DNA from: Fistulifera solaris
Lineage: Eukaryota
Direction of reading: 5' to 3'
Length of the DNA stretch: 64,000 bases
NCBI GenBank assembly: GCA_030295235.1
Contig: AP026164.1
Coordinates: 2,294,001-2,358,000, forward strand
Position numbers and translations under genes: made by a program
Shown here: positions 33,948 through 46,200 of the stretch, one piece after another
Position numbering within the stretch: the first letter of the stretch is position 1
How the letters are laid out: every line of letters starts with the position of its first letter
The notes under the pieces: generated by a model
Seen by the model: only the letters and a program-made list of their open reading frames with translations
The model's database searches: none
Told to the model about the DNA's origin: nothing

Positions 33948-35261
33948 ATGAAAGGTAACCAAGTCCTCGTGTGGATCCTGTTCGTCAGCTTATCCGATCT
34001 CATGCACAGCTGGACCGTTCCTCCGCCTCCTTATTTTCTCAAGAGAATCTCGTCTTCGTTTTCGGCATCTTCCAGGAGCGCACAACTTCATCGACCTCAG
34101 GCGACACAACCAAGGACTTCTCCCGACTTGGATGGCCGCCACTATCATGATTCGGATAGTGAGGAGCGCTTGAATTTTGAAGATGAACTGGAAGAACAGT
34201 ATACAGAGCTTGTCAAGCTCAACGGAGATGCCGCGGCAGCTACAATCCGTCCCAAGGCGTTTGTCAGTGATGAATCCGCTTCGGTTCCAGATGTCTTCTG
34301 GGCGCGTTTACTCGTCTTGGGCGCGGCCACTTTGTACGGAAGTAGTTTTTCTTTTGTCAAACTCATGGGTGAGAATGCACCGATGCCCCCGGGTTTGACG
34401 AGCACTGTACGTTTCGGTCTGGCAGCCATCTCGGCTTGTCCTTGTGTGATTACCAGTTTCGGGCGACGAAAATCGACGGAATTTGCGGCGGTCATGGCCG
34501 GCTTGGAAGTGGGCTTGTGGAATTCAATCGGCTACTTGGCACAAGCCATCGGACTCGAAACGACCATGGCCAGTAAATCGGCCTTTCTTTGTAGTATGGC
34601 GGTGGTCATTGTTCCTCTGCTGGATTTTATCTTCAAAGGAAAGAAGCTGGCACCTCGACAAATTCTGGGAGTCGTGCTCGCCATTATGGGAGTCGGGGCG
34701 TTAGAGTTGGGGGATGTTGCTGATACACTGACCGCGGAGAGCTTGATATCTCAAGGAGATTGGATTAGTATGTTACAGCCGTTGTTTTTCGGTTTTGGCT
34801 TTTGGAGGATGGAAAAAGCGATGCACGATTTTCCGGATCACCCCTTGCGTGTTACGGGAGGTCAACTATTAGCAGTTTTTCTAGGATCTGCTTTGTTCAC
34901 GGTTATCATGGAATGGAACGACATTGATATACACGAAATGAAAATGTACCTAGCAGACCCCTGGGTATGGATGTCGCTGGCTTGGACTGGCCTCGTGACG
35001 ACTGCCTTGAGTATTTATATGGAAACGGTGGCTATGAAATCAATATCAGCAGCAGAAACAACACTATTAATGTCCTCAGAGCCCGTCACCGGCTCACTGT
35101 TTGCGGCTGTTATTATGGGAGAGCGACTTGGTCCTCATTCGATGATCGGATCCTTCCTCATTTTTCTGAGTTGTACAATACCCAACTTGAGTAATGAGGT
35201 CGTGCAAGGTGTGTTTGATAATGGTAATGCGAGCGAAAAACCTGAGACACGAAAGAAATGA
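33948..35261 (+). CDS. EamA/DMT family transporter, copy 1 (signal peptide plus transit-like N-terminus)
   Basis: ARLLVLGAATLYGSSF, RFGLAA, AQAIGLETTMASKSAFLCS and SAAETTLLMSSEPV; about 10 TM segments. Confidence 0.88.
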   Translation: MKGNQVLVWILFVSLSDLMHSWTVPPPPYFLKRISSSFSASSRSAQLHRPQATQPRTSPDLDGRHYHDSDSEERLNFEDELEEQYTELVKLNGDAAAATIRPKAFVSDESASVPDVFWARLLVLGAATLYGSSFSFVKLMGENAPMPPGLTSTVRFGLAAISACPCVITSFGRRKSTEFAAVMAGLEVGLWNSIGYLAQAIGLETTMASKSAFLCSMAVVIVPLLDFIFKGKKLAPRQILGVVLAIMGVGALELGDVADTLTAESLISQGDWISMLQPLFFGFGFWRMEKAMHDFPDHPLRVTGGQLLAVFLGSALFTVIMEWNDIDIHEMKMYLADPWVWMSLAWTGLVTTALSIYMETVAMKSISAAETTLLMSSEPVTGSLFAAVIMGERLGPHSMIGSFLIFLSCTIPNLSNEVVQGVFDNGNASEKPETRKK

Positions 35262-36031
35262 ACGATCATTATTTTTGCGCTTTTTTGGGGCGACTCACGA
35301 CAGCAGCTTGCTTCGCCTCCACTCTACATTAGCATCATACCGATAGATTATTGTTACTACTTTGAAATGAAGAATTACTGACATATTTATAGCATTCGTA
35401 CACGCCACGACGAAAGGCACAGAAAGTGAAACTTGACGTGGGTATTGGATGCTGTAGATATTTTCCCAAAAACAAGCATAAAGTGAATTCGAAGAAATTG
35501 CTGCGACAAAAGCAGTCAGCAAACAGCAATACCTGTACCAATAATAGCTTCCTACATATTCGTTTTACGAAAATCTTGTCTTAAATGGACCTAATGGCTT
35601 GAGAAACAGTGTCGTCATTTAGTTCCGGGACTGACACCTGTTCGAATCGAATCCTGTCAAGACTAGTCGTCACTGTTTGAGTGGGTACAAGTATCAGGCT
35701 GATGTCGGACATGCAAATAGGAGCACTTTTCTTCCAACAGCACCATGGTCCACAGCAGCGCAATTATGATTGTACCTGGTACAATCAATTTGGATTTGTT
35801 ACCACCGTTTGATTTTTAATCCTAACCAAAGTACCTGGTATCGAATTAACAAACGTCGTCATTGGAGTCTGGGATTGAAATCGAGTTGATGAGTCGTACA
35901 GTGTCGCCTCCACAATTTACGTGACAGTGAATAGTGCAGAGATTTTCTTCGTTTTCGCACCTCCGGCAACGCCACTTAATCGGCATGAATTTCACACCCT
36001 GGCGTCTCATTCTTGATGAGAATGACCTACC

Positions 36032-37276
36032 ATGGCAAGCCCATCCGGGAAGAGGAAGAGGCTAGGGAAGATATATGGATTTATCATACTTGCAGTTGCA
36101 GTCGCTTTCTGTGATCTTGTCGTGAAAGAGAGCTTTCTTCAGCAACAACAGAAACAACAACCGAACCGCGATGACTGGAAAGTCGGTCGTCTCATCAGTA
36201 CACATGTCAATGCTTCTACAAAGCAAATCAATACAACTCGAGTTTCATTGACTGCATCTAGCAAAAGGAACTTATGGGATAATTCGACAAGGCTACCGCA
36301 ATGGATGAAAGAGTATTTTACTTGGCATAAAGAAACCTTGCAGTCGTTGAATGAGGATAACTGGGTCTTGTATCATTACTTTCTTTACCGGTGTGTCCCG
36401 GCGGATAAAAAATGTTCCGGTACATCCGATCGACTGAAAGCCGTGCCTGCCTTGCTATTGCTAGCGTATCAAGCACAACCACGACGACTTTTGTTCTTTC
36501 ACTGGAGTCGCCCGGCTCGATTGGAGGAGTTTCTCATGCCTCCCGTCGGAGGAATGAATTGGAGTCTTCCTGCCTGGTTAGCGGATAAACTGAATGTTGA
36601 ACAACAGGGACCGAAATATTTTTTCGAATCGAAACGGGATTTTGATAGATTTCCTCAGTATTCCGACGCCATTGCCCGAGTCAAGAATGTGAGAGGCTCG
36701 GAATTTTACGATCGATCACGCAATAAAGCCGAGCTCTCGTTCGATCAGGTATATCACGAAGTATGGAGTATTTTATTTGAGCCGGCTCCTGCAATCGCTG
36801 CACTCGTGCAACAGGAACAGCACGCGATGCAGTTAGAACCAGGTCATTACGTAGCTGCCCACATCCGTGCCCTGTACATGTCCGATACGGTCGACCAACA
36901 TGAAGAAATCAACGCAATTCACTGCGCTCGCTCCATGAAACCGAGCTGGCCCATTTTCGTGGCGTCGGACTCGATCAACACGACACAAGCCGCCGTGGCG
37001 TACGGGCAAAAGCAAAATCTAGTAGTAGTGGCTCGACAAGCTCAGGGCGATCCATTACATCTCGATCGAGGGCGTGATTTTCTCGTCAAGTCGGAGGATT
37101 GGAAAGGAAGGCCGGCCTCGGATTTCTATGATGTATTTGTGGATTTGTACCTTTTAGTGCAGAGCCGGTGCGTCGCCCACGGAATCGGCGGATTCGGCCG
37201 GTGGGCGAGTCTCGTGGCGGGAACATTGGACTGTGTTATTGATCACCGTAAACAGAACTGCTCGGCTATTGCATGA
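36032..37276 (+). CDS. Type II membrane fucosyltransferase-like glycosyltransferase (GT-B, GT23/O-FucT-like)
   Basis: N-terminal TM; CSGTSDRL, YVAAHIR, IFVASDS and DVFVDLYLL..SRC...GGFG match fucosyltransferase motifs I-III. Confidence 0.6.
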   Translation: MASPSGKRKRLGKIYGFIILAVAVAFCDLVVKESFLQQQQKQQPNRDDWKVGRLISTHVNASTKQINTTRVSLTASSKRNLWDNSTRLPQWMKEYFTWHKETLQSLNEDNWVLYHYFLYRCVPADKKCSGTSDRLKAVPALLLLAYQAQPRRLLFFHWSRPARLEEFLMPPVGGMNWSLPAWLADKLNVEQQGPKYFFESKRDFDRFPQYSDAIARVKNVRGSEFYDRSRNKAELSFDQVYHEVWSILFEPAPAIAALVQQEQHAMQLEPGHYVAAHIRALYMSDTVDQHEEINAIHCARSMKPSWPIFVASDSINTTQAAVAYGQKQNLVVVARQAQGDPLHLDRGRDFLVKSEDWKGRPASDFYDVFVDLYLLVQSRCVAHGIGGFGRWASLVAGTLDCVIDHRKQNCSAIA

Positions 37277-37732
37277 TTGCAAATAGACCGAAATCGCGAC
37301 ACGTCGAAATCCCGTCGAATACGGTCCTAGGTCCTACTAGCATTTTGAAACAAAACGCACTCCAGTCGGAGTCACTCATCCGGTACTTGATCCGGTACTC
37401 AAAGAATATATTGAAGACATCGGAGATCCGTTTGGCCTACTTTTTAAAGTGACTGTCGACGTCAGCATTCGCTCTGAAAAACATCCGCGATCGTCGATCG
37501 TAGCCCGGTCCACCAGCTGTTTTTTGTATGACACGATCAGTATCCTTTCCACGTTGACCCAGAGAAATTTCATCCGTGAGGCAAAAATGCCTAGTTGAAA
37601 ATACAAACAAAACCAACAAAAGCCATCCGATCCGGAGTCGGTGCATCCAATAGGACGAAAGAAAGAAGGAGACAACTTTGCTATAACCATAGATAGAATA
37701 GAGAGACACAGTATGGTGATGATTCGAAGGCC

Positions 37733-38967
37733 GTGCGTTCAACTTTCGCTTTTCGCCCTTCTTTTGCCTCCATCGCCGAAGGATGGACCTCAACGCATAT
37801 GGGCAGGCGGATAAAGCCCATCGCGTTATATGCTGTATCAAAAGACTCCTATGCTAAGCTCAATACGTTGAATGGGACGTCTCTGGCCGCGGCACAGCTG
37901 GAAACGGAATATTATCCGTTCCTTGAGGAGAAAGCTACAACGGAATTGGTGTCGGAGAATATCGCGGAGAAAACGTCGAAGGACGATGACGAGAACATGA
38001 AAAATAATATTAACAAGGCGCGTGCGCTAATTCTTTTGGCCGCTACATTATATGGAAGCAACTTTCCGCTCGTTAAAAATGATGGGAGAGAATACTCCTT
38101 TATCGGTTGGTATGACTAGCACACTTCGATTTGGTTTGGCTGCGATCGCGACAAGTCCTTGGCTACTGAACAATATAAATCAAATACGGAAGGAATGGTC
38201 GACGTCTCCTGAAGCGGCTGCGATTGTAGCGGGTTTCGAAGTCGGATTATGGAACTGTGTTGCTTACATTGCACAAGCGGTGGGCTTGGAAACGACTCTG
38301 GCGAGCAAGTCGGCCTTCTTTTGCAGCATGGCTGTCGTCGTCGTTCCGCTTCTGGACTTCTTTTCAAAGGCCAAAAGATTCAAACAAATCAAATTGCCGG
38401 TCTTGTTCTAGCGATCGTTGGCGTGGGAGCACTTGAGCTCGGCGACATGGATCTCGCGTCGGGGTCGCTGTTGTCGCATGGTGATCTTGTGTCGCTCATA
38501 CAACCTCTCGCGTTCGGAATGGCGTTTTGGCGCATGGAAGCGGCCATGCACAAGTATCCCAATCAGGCCATGCGGGCTACCGCTGCTCAGTTGAGTGCTG
38601 TTTTTCTGGGGTCAGCAATATTTGCGACGTTTTTGAAGAGGGCGGACTCGATGTTCCATTGGTACAATCCATTTTAACCGACCCCGTCACTCTTGCGCCA
38701 CTTCTCTGGACCGGTCTGGTAACGACAGCATTGACTATTTATATGGAATCGGTAGCAATGAAGACACTATCTGCATCGGAAACTACTCTATTGCTATCAA
38801 CTGAACCTGTATCCGGGTCTTTGTTCGCGGCTGCCTTAATGGGAGAGCGCCTTGGTCCGAATGCTATGTTTGGGTCGGGGTTGATCTTGGTTAGCTGCAT
38901 CATTTCGACCTTAGGCTTCGACAAACTGCATTCTTTTTTTAAACGTGATAAAGCGTCGGGGCCTTGA
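37733..38967 (+). CDS. EamA/DMT family transporter, copy 2 (three frameshifts; start uncertain)
   Basis: Four overlapping ORF pieces colinear with copy 3 (KARALILLAATLYGSNF, AQAVGLETTLASKSAFFCS, STEPVSG). STFAF presequence-like motif. Confidence 0.8.
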
Positions 38968-40052
38968 TGGACTTGATAGACAGGGAACTTTTTGAATAGA
39001 GAAAACAAGACATTTTCATGAGCACAGCACGTGATCATCATTTTGTGGGCGCTTGCATTATTTAATTACAATACAGAAGTAAAGCAATAACGTGAATACT
39101 ATTACATCAATCACGGACTAAGATTTCCCGGCCAGATTCTTCATTTCACCACGACTGAACTTCAGTCATGAATAAGGTCGATGCGTAGAATACTGGTAAT
39201 TAATGGTGAAACGAGTGGGAAATACCATCAGCGATCTTATTGAGAGGAGAGCATTTGAAGTTTGAAGTCAGCGCCTAAAACACTTGCTCTTTCATACTTC
39301 GGAGAAGGATGCCTTTGTTTAATCGTTTCATTTGAAATGTTATACCATAGAAACGTGCAAATTGCGCACAATCATCAGTCACCATAAAAGTCAATAACCT
39401 GCCAAGAGCATGATGGTCTAAATTAAAACTAAAACAGCTGACCGACGACCAAAATCAATATCCTGTTCCCTATGAGTAAATCAAACTTTTCCGCCTATCC
39501 GACGTCCGCCAAATTCGATTGCTTATCGCTTATCATTATCGATACAACGTTGTCGAACTTTTAAACCATTCGAATTCGACCAGGTCTTGAGAGTTATTCT
39601 CTCTAGAAAGAGATACGCTAGCTACTAGCTAGATAACGTTTTCAAGAAAGCCTCGCTAGATTTCGTTTTTCGTGCGTGACTGCAGTCTACAGTCTGCAAT
39701 TGTGATATCATCTCAAAGTGGGACTCTCTCTTATGTCGTCGCTTTTCAGAAGCTGATAAATAGCAAGAAAAAGCACGCTTCATTGCTGTCGGTATAACCC
39801 ATATGCCATATGCCCCTCGTCTTACATATGGTTAATGGTTAATAATGACGAACTACCAGGGGCAATTGTCCGTTGTGCAGCAAACAAGTCTCCAGCACTC
39901 GCCACACTTTGTGTTCACTTTCTTGGGGGTCCGAAACGAGCGAAACCACCCACCGAGCCAAGATTCATGTTTGTCATCCGTCGTTCTTATAATTCCATTC
40001 AGTAATCATCTTCGGTGATATCTTCAAGTACAGCTCTCTTCTTTGCTGTCGA

Positions 40053-41231
40053 ATGATGTACTTCCCAAGTTCTTGCAACGAGATACACGACATTGAGGCC
40101 GCGTTGGTCCTTCCCATCGACGATGATTATGACGATGTAAATGCCGATGACGAGGAGGTGGGCGAAAAACTAAATGTCTCAGACAGCAGGAAAGAACAAC
40201 AGCGGATGGGCGATGTAATGAAAGCCCGGGCACTCATTCTTTTGGCCGCTACACTTTACGGTAGCAATTTCTCTCTTGTAAAAATGTTGGGAGAGGATAC
40301 GCCTTTGTCGGTCGGAATGACCAGTACGTTACGATTCGGACTGGCCGCTATTGCGACAAGTCCTTGGCTGTTTTCCAATATTAATCAAATACGAACGAAC
40401 TGGTCGACGTCCCCAAAAGTGGCCGCGGTGGTGGCGGGTTTCGAGGTCGGATTATGGAACTGTATCGGTTACATTGCTCAGGCGGTGGGTTTGAAAACAA
40501 CATTGGCAAGCAAGTCGGCTTTCTTCTGCAGCATGGCTGTTGCTGTCGTTCCACTCCTCGACTTCTCATTCAGAGGTCGAACAATCCATTTAAATCAAAT
40601 TGTTGGTCTAGTTCTAGCGATTGTTGGCGTGGGTGCGCTCGAGCTTGGCGACATGGACTTTGCGACGGGGTCGTCGCTGTCGTATGGTGATCTCGTGTCA
40701 CTGTTACAGCCGCTAGCATTCGGAATGGGTGTTTGGCGCATGGAAACGGCCATGAGGAAGTATCCCAATCAGGCAATGCGGGCAACAGCAGCACAGCTGA
40801 GTATTGTATTCCTTGGATCCGCAATTTTCTGCACTTTTTCTGGTGACGGTGGAATTGACTGTTCGCAGCTGAAAGACATACTTACAAAACCTATGGTGCT
40901 TGTGCCGCTCCTCTGGACTGGGCTTATAACGACAGCATTGACTATTTATATGGAGTCGGTCGCAATGAAGACTCTGTCGGCAGCGGAGGCTACTCTTTTA
41001 CTTTCAACCGAGCCCGTTTCCGGATTATTATTCGCTGTCACCCTTATGGGGGAGCGTCTTGGATCCAATGCTATGCTTGGATCCGGCTTGATCTTGATCA
41101 GCTGCATTATTTCAACCTTTGACGTAGACAAGACCCGGAAGACACTAAATAAGCCAAGTGATCTGGTTACCCTTCCCTTTATTGATGGGAGTTGTTCTTC
41201 ACATGGTGGTAGCGATAGTGAAACGACTTGA
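40053..41231 (+). CDS. EamA/DMT family transporter, copy 3 (intact)
   Basis: Uninterrupted 392-aa ORF with the same EamA motifs; acidic N-terminus with no signal peptide. Confidence 0.9.
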   Translation: MMYFPSSCNEIHDIEAALVLPIDDDYDDVNADDEEVGEKLNVSDSRKEQQRMGDVMKARALILLAATLYGSNFSLVKMLGEDTPLSVGMTSTLRFGLAAIATSPWLFSNINQIRTNWSTSPKVAAVVAGFEVGLWNCIGYIAQAVGLKTTLASKSAFFCSMAVAVVPLLDFSFRGRTIHLNQIVGLVLAIVGVGALELGDMDFATGSSLSYGDLVSLLQPLAFGMGVWRMETAMRKYPNQAMRATAAQLSIVFLGSAIFCTFSGDGGIDCSQLKDILTKPMVLVPLLWTGLITTALTIYMESVAMKTLSAAEATLLLSTEPVSGLLFAVTLMGERLGSNAMLGSGLILISCIISTFDVDKTRKTLNKPSDLVTLPFIDGSCSSHGGSDSETT

Positions 41232-42061
41232 CCTCCTTAAATCTAGAAAATAATGCTACCCCAAATCGCATCTTTTGAAAAATCTACAGGGGATCAACTA
41301 AACTATTGTGAATGAGCAGATAGTAGTTGTCGTCAAGGCGTGACCGCTCTTTTTCTTTTTGCTGCGCTAGCCTCATCAAAATCTAGCTCTAGTCAACTGC
41401 TTAGACTTTAGCCGAGACAAAAATCAAGCGGGCTCGTCTTTTCGATAGGCCTTCAGCGACGGAACTGTGGCCTGTGGCCGATGCTAGAAGCAAGTCACGA
41501 GTCAAGTCTGTCGTCCCCGAAGTGGGACTCCCATCTCCAATTGCTGACTTCTTTTAGAATCCAACCATCAATAATCCAACGCAGTCAACGCATTTACTTA
41601 ATACTATAGTAGGTTGTAGGCGGAAAAAGCTTTCAGCATTCAGCATATATAAAAGACATCCGCTTATTCCCTTTGCGCTTACGGCTTAAGATTTCCGATT
41701 GTTACCTGGTAGCTTGAGTTCTCAGTTCCGAGATCTGAGTTGGGAGTTGTTTTATTGCTGCACCTTGACATTTGCATATGCCCCATAACCGGATTATAAA
41801 CTAATCCGTTATGTAATCCATGATACTAGAATCTACCGTGGTACGAGTGAATCGCTCTTTGTAAAGTGCCAACAACGACTGAATTCACGCGGGGCATAAT
41901 TAGTGTCTAAGTCAAAAGGAGCCTTAAGTTGCTACCTCCACGCGCTCACATACAAACCCAAGAAAAAAGTCAGACCAATTGCCATTTTGTTGACTGTTTT
42001 GCCACAAAACCACCACACCACAACATTTGTTACCGTCTATTACTTCTTTATCACCAGAAAG

Positions 42062-43132
42062 ATGTGTTTCTCAAACGCTTACGATAAAAAAACCGATATC
42101 GAGGCCGCATTGGGTTCTACACGAAATGCAGTTAAAGATACCTCGCTAGACGACGAAGAGCTACTTGAGAAAGCTAATGGCTCCGTTGAAACTAGCCAGC
42201 AGCCCAAGAAGAGCGACATATACAAAGCGCGTGCGCTCTTTTACTTGTCGCTACGCTGTTCGGAACCATCTTCCCTCTTGTGAAAATGATGGGAGAGAAT
42301 CTTCCTGTATCAGTCGGTATGACAAGCACCCTTCGATTCGGACTATCCGCTTTAGTGACTAGTCCTTGGCTCTTTCCCTATTTCAATCATATGAGAATAA
42401 CATGGTCAACTTTTTCGGAAGCTGCTGCGATGGTAGCCGGTTTTTAGTGTATTGTGGACTCTTCTGGCGTAAACGACGCAAGCTGTTGGCTTGAAAACAA
42501 CGCTAGCGAGTAAATCTGCCATCTTCTGCAGTGGGGCCGTCGTCACGCTTCTTCATCTTAACTTTCTCTTCAAAGGTCGCAAGATAAGATTGAATCAGAT
42601 CGTCGGCCTAGTGCTTGCAATTGATGGTGTCGGTGTACTCGAACTTGGGGACATGAACTTTGCGACAGGGTCAATTTTTCTCGAGGTGACCTATTAATCT
42701 TTTGCCTTTGGAATGGGAAGCAGCCATGAAAAAGTATCCCAGCCATGCCTTGCGCGCCACTGTGGCACAACATAGTGCTGTCTTCCTGAAATCCGCAATT
42801 TTCGCCGCTTTATCTGAAGACGGGGGGATAGATCGCATCTGCAAACACTCCTTAATAGCCCTGTGATGCTCGTGCCACTGCTTAGGACAGGAGTTGATAC
42901 GACAGCACTGTGCAAATACATGGAGACTGTGGCGATTAGGAGCCTAGCGAATCTGTTTTCTAGGTCTCTATTATCAGCTGTCCTGATGGGAGAGAGATTT
43001 GGACGAAACGCCATGATCGGATCAACTTCAGCTCCAGGTTATGACAGACTCCGATGCATCTACGTAAAGAATCAAGAGAAGGCGGTCGACGGGCTAGATG
43101 CTGTGGCAATTGTTCCTTTCGTCGATGATTGA
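42062..43132 (+). pseudogene. EamA/DMT transporter, copy 4, degenerate
   Basis: Colinear with copy 3 (DIEAAL, KARALF, KTTLASKSAIFCS, LMGERFG, VPFVDD) but has in-frame stops and multi-codon deletions beyond simple homopolymer slips. Confidence 0.8.
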
Positions 43133-43278
43133 TCCGTACCGCAGTGATAACCGACGTGTCCATCGTTTTCGCCAACCAAAGGCGATTGTATTTTGTATTG
43201 TAAAATAATAGATCATGAGCAAATGACGCTAGATTCACAGCCAGGCGCCTCGGTATCGTCAACGAGTTCCCCCCGTCA

Positions 43279-46200
43279 TTAGAGTAAAGCTTGTTTTTCA
43301 GCCATTCTCTTTTCTAGCTCCTCTATTTGCAACGAAATATCGTCTTTGGTTTGGGTCAAGGCTTTCTGAATGAACATTTCCATGTAATGAAGCCGTCCAT
43401 TCCACTCATCCCCTTCGGCGTCCTTTGTGTCGATCTCTTTAACCCCGGCAACGGAAACTTCTCGTACGCCGAAAATGTACCACGCACAAAGCCCAACAAG
43501 GAAATTCGAGACGCGCTGAAAGATGTTGAAAAAAGCTTTCGTCCAACCGGGAGTAAATTCGTCGACGATGTGCTCGAAAGCAAAAATAGTCATTATTAAT
43601 AGACCAGCCGACAGCAGGACGAAAAGAACGACGGCAACAATGAGGTTAAAGTAGTCTTGTCGCTTGTCCACCGCAACGATGGCACGCGACGCATGAAAAA
43701 TCTCTGCGTTCAAGGCCGTCGAGATCATCGAGATTAAAACCAACCAACGGCCGAAATAAAACAGAGTAAAGAATGCTTTTGTCGCTGACCCCACCTCGCT
43801 CTTCATGGGCTTCATACCAGGCCGAAGAAAAGCCTCCAGAGCTTCATTCAACGCAACGAATTCTACTCTTGCTCGACCAAATAGATTGCGGCCGCTGATT
43901 TTTGCACGTTCATAAGAGTCATCAATGACGGCAATCAGGACGTTCAACAGAATAACAACTCCAACGATTGTGAAGAGAAAAAACAAGTAAATCATGCCAG
44001 TGGTTTCTTTGTAAGCGTCAAGGTCGAAATCTCCAAGCAAAGGGCGTAGATTCTTAGGTACGCCGCCATCTGATTGGACGAGCAAAAGTCGGCTAACGTT
44101 TCGTCGAGATTATCTGGGTTTGAATCGCAAAATGTCCCGTTGTCTTTCGTAGCCACAGCAATACTAATAATCACAACTGTCAACATCAGTTCTAGGATCA
44201 ACGCTAGTTCAAAATATTCAAGTAAACGTACCTCATCATATCGCCTACCAAAAAAATGATAACGAACAAGACAATTGCAAAATACTTCAAGTCGCGCAAA
44301 ATTTTCGTGACGGCCATGACGAAAGTTGACATGTGTTTGTTCACCACCTTTAATATACCAAGCACTTTCAACCAGAGCAGACCAACCACGACCGCATTGA
44401 ATCCATTGCGGTACTCGCCAGGGTTCCGCTTATTCCAAGAAATTGCACACAGTGTCAAGATGACAGTTAAGAAGTCTAAAATAGTCCACATATTTGCCAC
44501 GTACGCTCGGAATACAGTCGGTGACAAGTTAAACAATGCCATCGCTTCTGCGCCTTTTCGGATGATATAGAATGTGCAAATGAAAAGAGCTACTTGCGCA
44601 GGAATAGCCTCGCCTACGGCGGATGAAGCGTTTCCTGTACTCTGGAGACCAACGCTTGTCCGAACAGCCTAACAGGAAACAAAGGGCAATGTCAGTTCAG
44701 TTAGCCATCTTCAACGACAAAAAGCAAATTCGATACAATTTACCAGCATGAGCGTAATATGCAATACGATATCAACCAACATTAAACCGACGACAAAAGG
44801 TCTGGTCAAGTTTCTGTTCATAAGATGCCAAACAGCGTTTGACGTCGCCGCTCGCTCGACATCTTTAGTGTCAAGAACGACTAGTGACGCGATCGTGCCG
44901 TTAAGCCCTTCCAACTGAGCAAATGTCTCCTGGCGTAGGTTCTCGCACTCATGTAAGTCTTCTCCCGTGACGCTTCGAAATCCGCCGGTCAAGTCGGTGC
45001 TGCTTGCCTTTGAAATGATCAAGATGCTAAAATTGTAGAATCAGTTGCTGCGATGTACCATAGTTGAGACAGCCACAGCGTGCTACTTACAAATCAACTG
45101 CACGTTTTGCTGGTGTTCCTTGTTTCCTTAGCATGTTTGTTATCCATGGGCCAATCGACTCCGGCACGAGACGCAAACGATGGAACAAAGGCATTTCAAG
45201 GATTGAATGCCTCAAGTTGCCATCGTCAATGAGCAAAATAGTCTTCCACAGGAATGGCAAACATTTTATCAAGTGAGATGCGTACTCTGAGCGGGCTTCT
45301 TGATCGAGATTCAATAAAACGCGATGCTGACTACTTTGCGAAGAACTATCGTTTGTCGCTCCGTTGCTTTTATCTTCCGGTTGTTCGTCATCGATGTCAT
45401 CTTCGTATCTAATTTTTCGCACACCTCCGTTTTTACCGGCCTAAAAGAAGAATAAAATACTCAGTATTAAGAAAAGAGGATGGCTTTGAAGGCCAACAGT
45501 TTCTTTGACTTGAAGCGACCGTAAATCACGGTCACAACAACTGGGAGCCCAAGTATGTTCAACCCTCCAAGCAGTACTCACCAATTGATCGAATATTTCT
45601 GAAATCATTTCAAACGCAAAATAAACTTCATCCCACACCTACAGAAAAAGTTTTAGATCAGTCACGTTTTCTGAACGGAGACTAGGACCAACACTCACCT
45701 TAACTTGTGGGTATAAGCGCGCTGCCTTAGGTGATGAACCTCTGCCTACACCATCGTTCGACTCGTGGAATAAGCTGTCGACACGAATAAACTTCTCATC
45801 GACATACTTCATCATATGTTTCGCACCCGCAAGAGCTGTCCGCGTTGCCCCAGCTGTAACCTGGGCTGCTGCACGAGTTACATGGTTTACGCTCATCCGC
45901 CGAGGGTTTCCCTGTTGCTGTTCAGCACCGTGTTCCTCACTGAGACTAAAAAAATTCGTGACATCGGCGCGCCTCCTCAACCGATCTTGCTCCTCAGAAT
46001 CATATACCCAGGTACACCAATCTTCGACCAAAGGCACAAATGGCATTCTTTTCATACTGTCCATGCTCGTCATAGCCTCTGGATGTATTTGGATGAGACG
46101 CGAAATCACGGCAACGACGGTGAAACGACCTTGTGGGTCAAGAAAAGAGCATCGTTATCCGCCAAAACATGCAATGGTGTCCGATTTCGAGAATCTAGCA

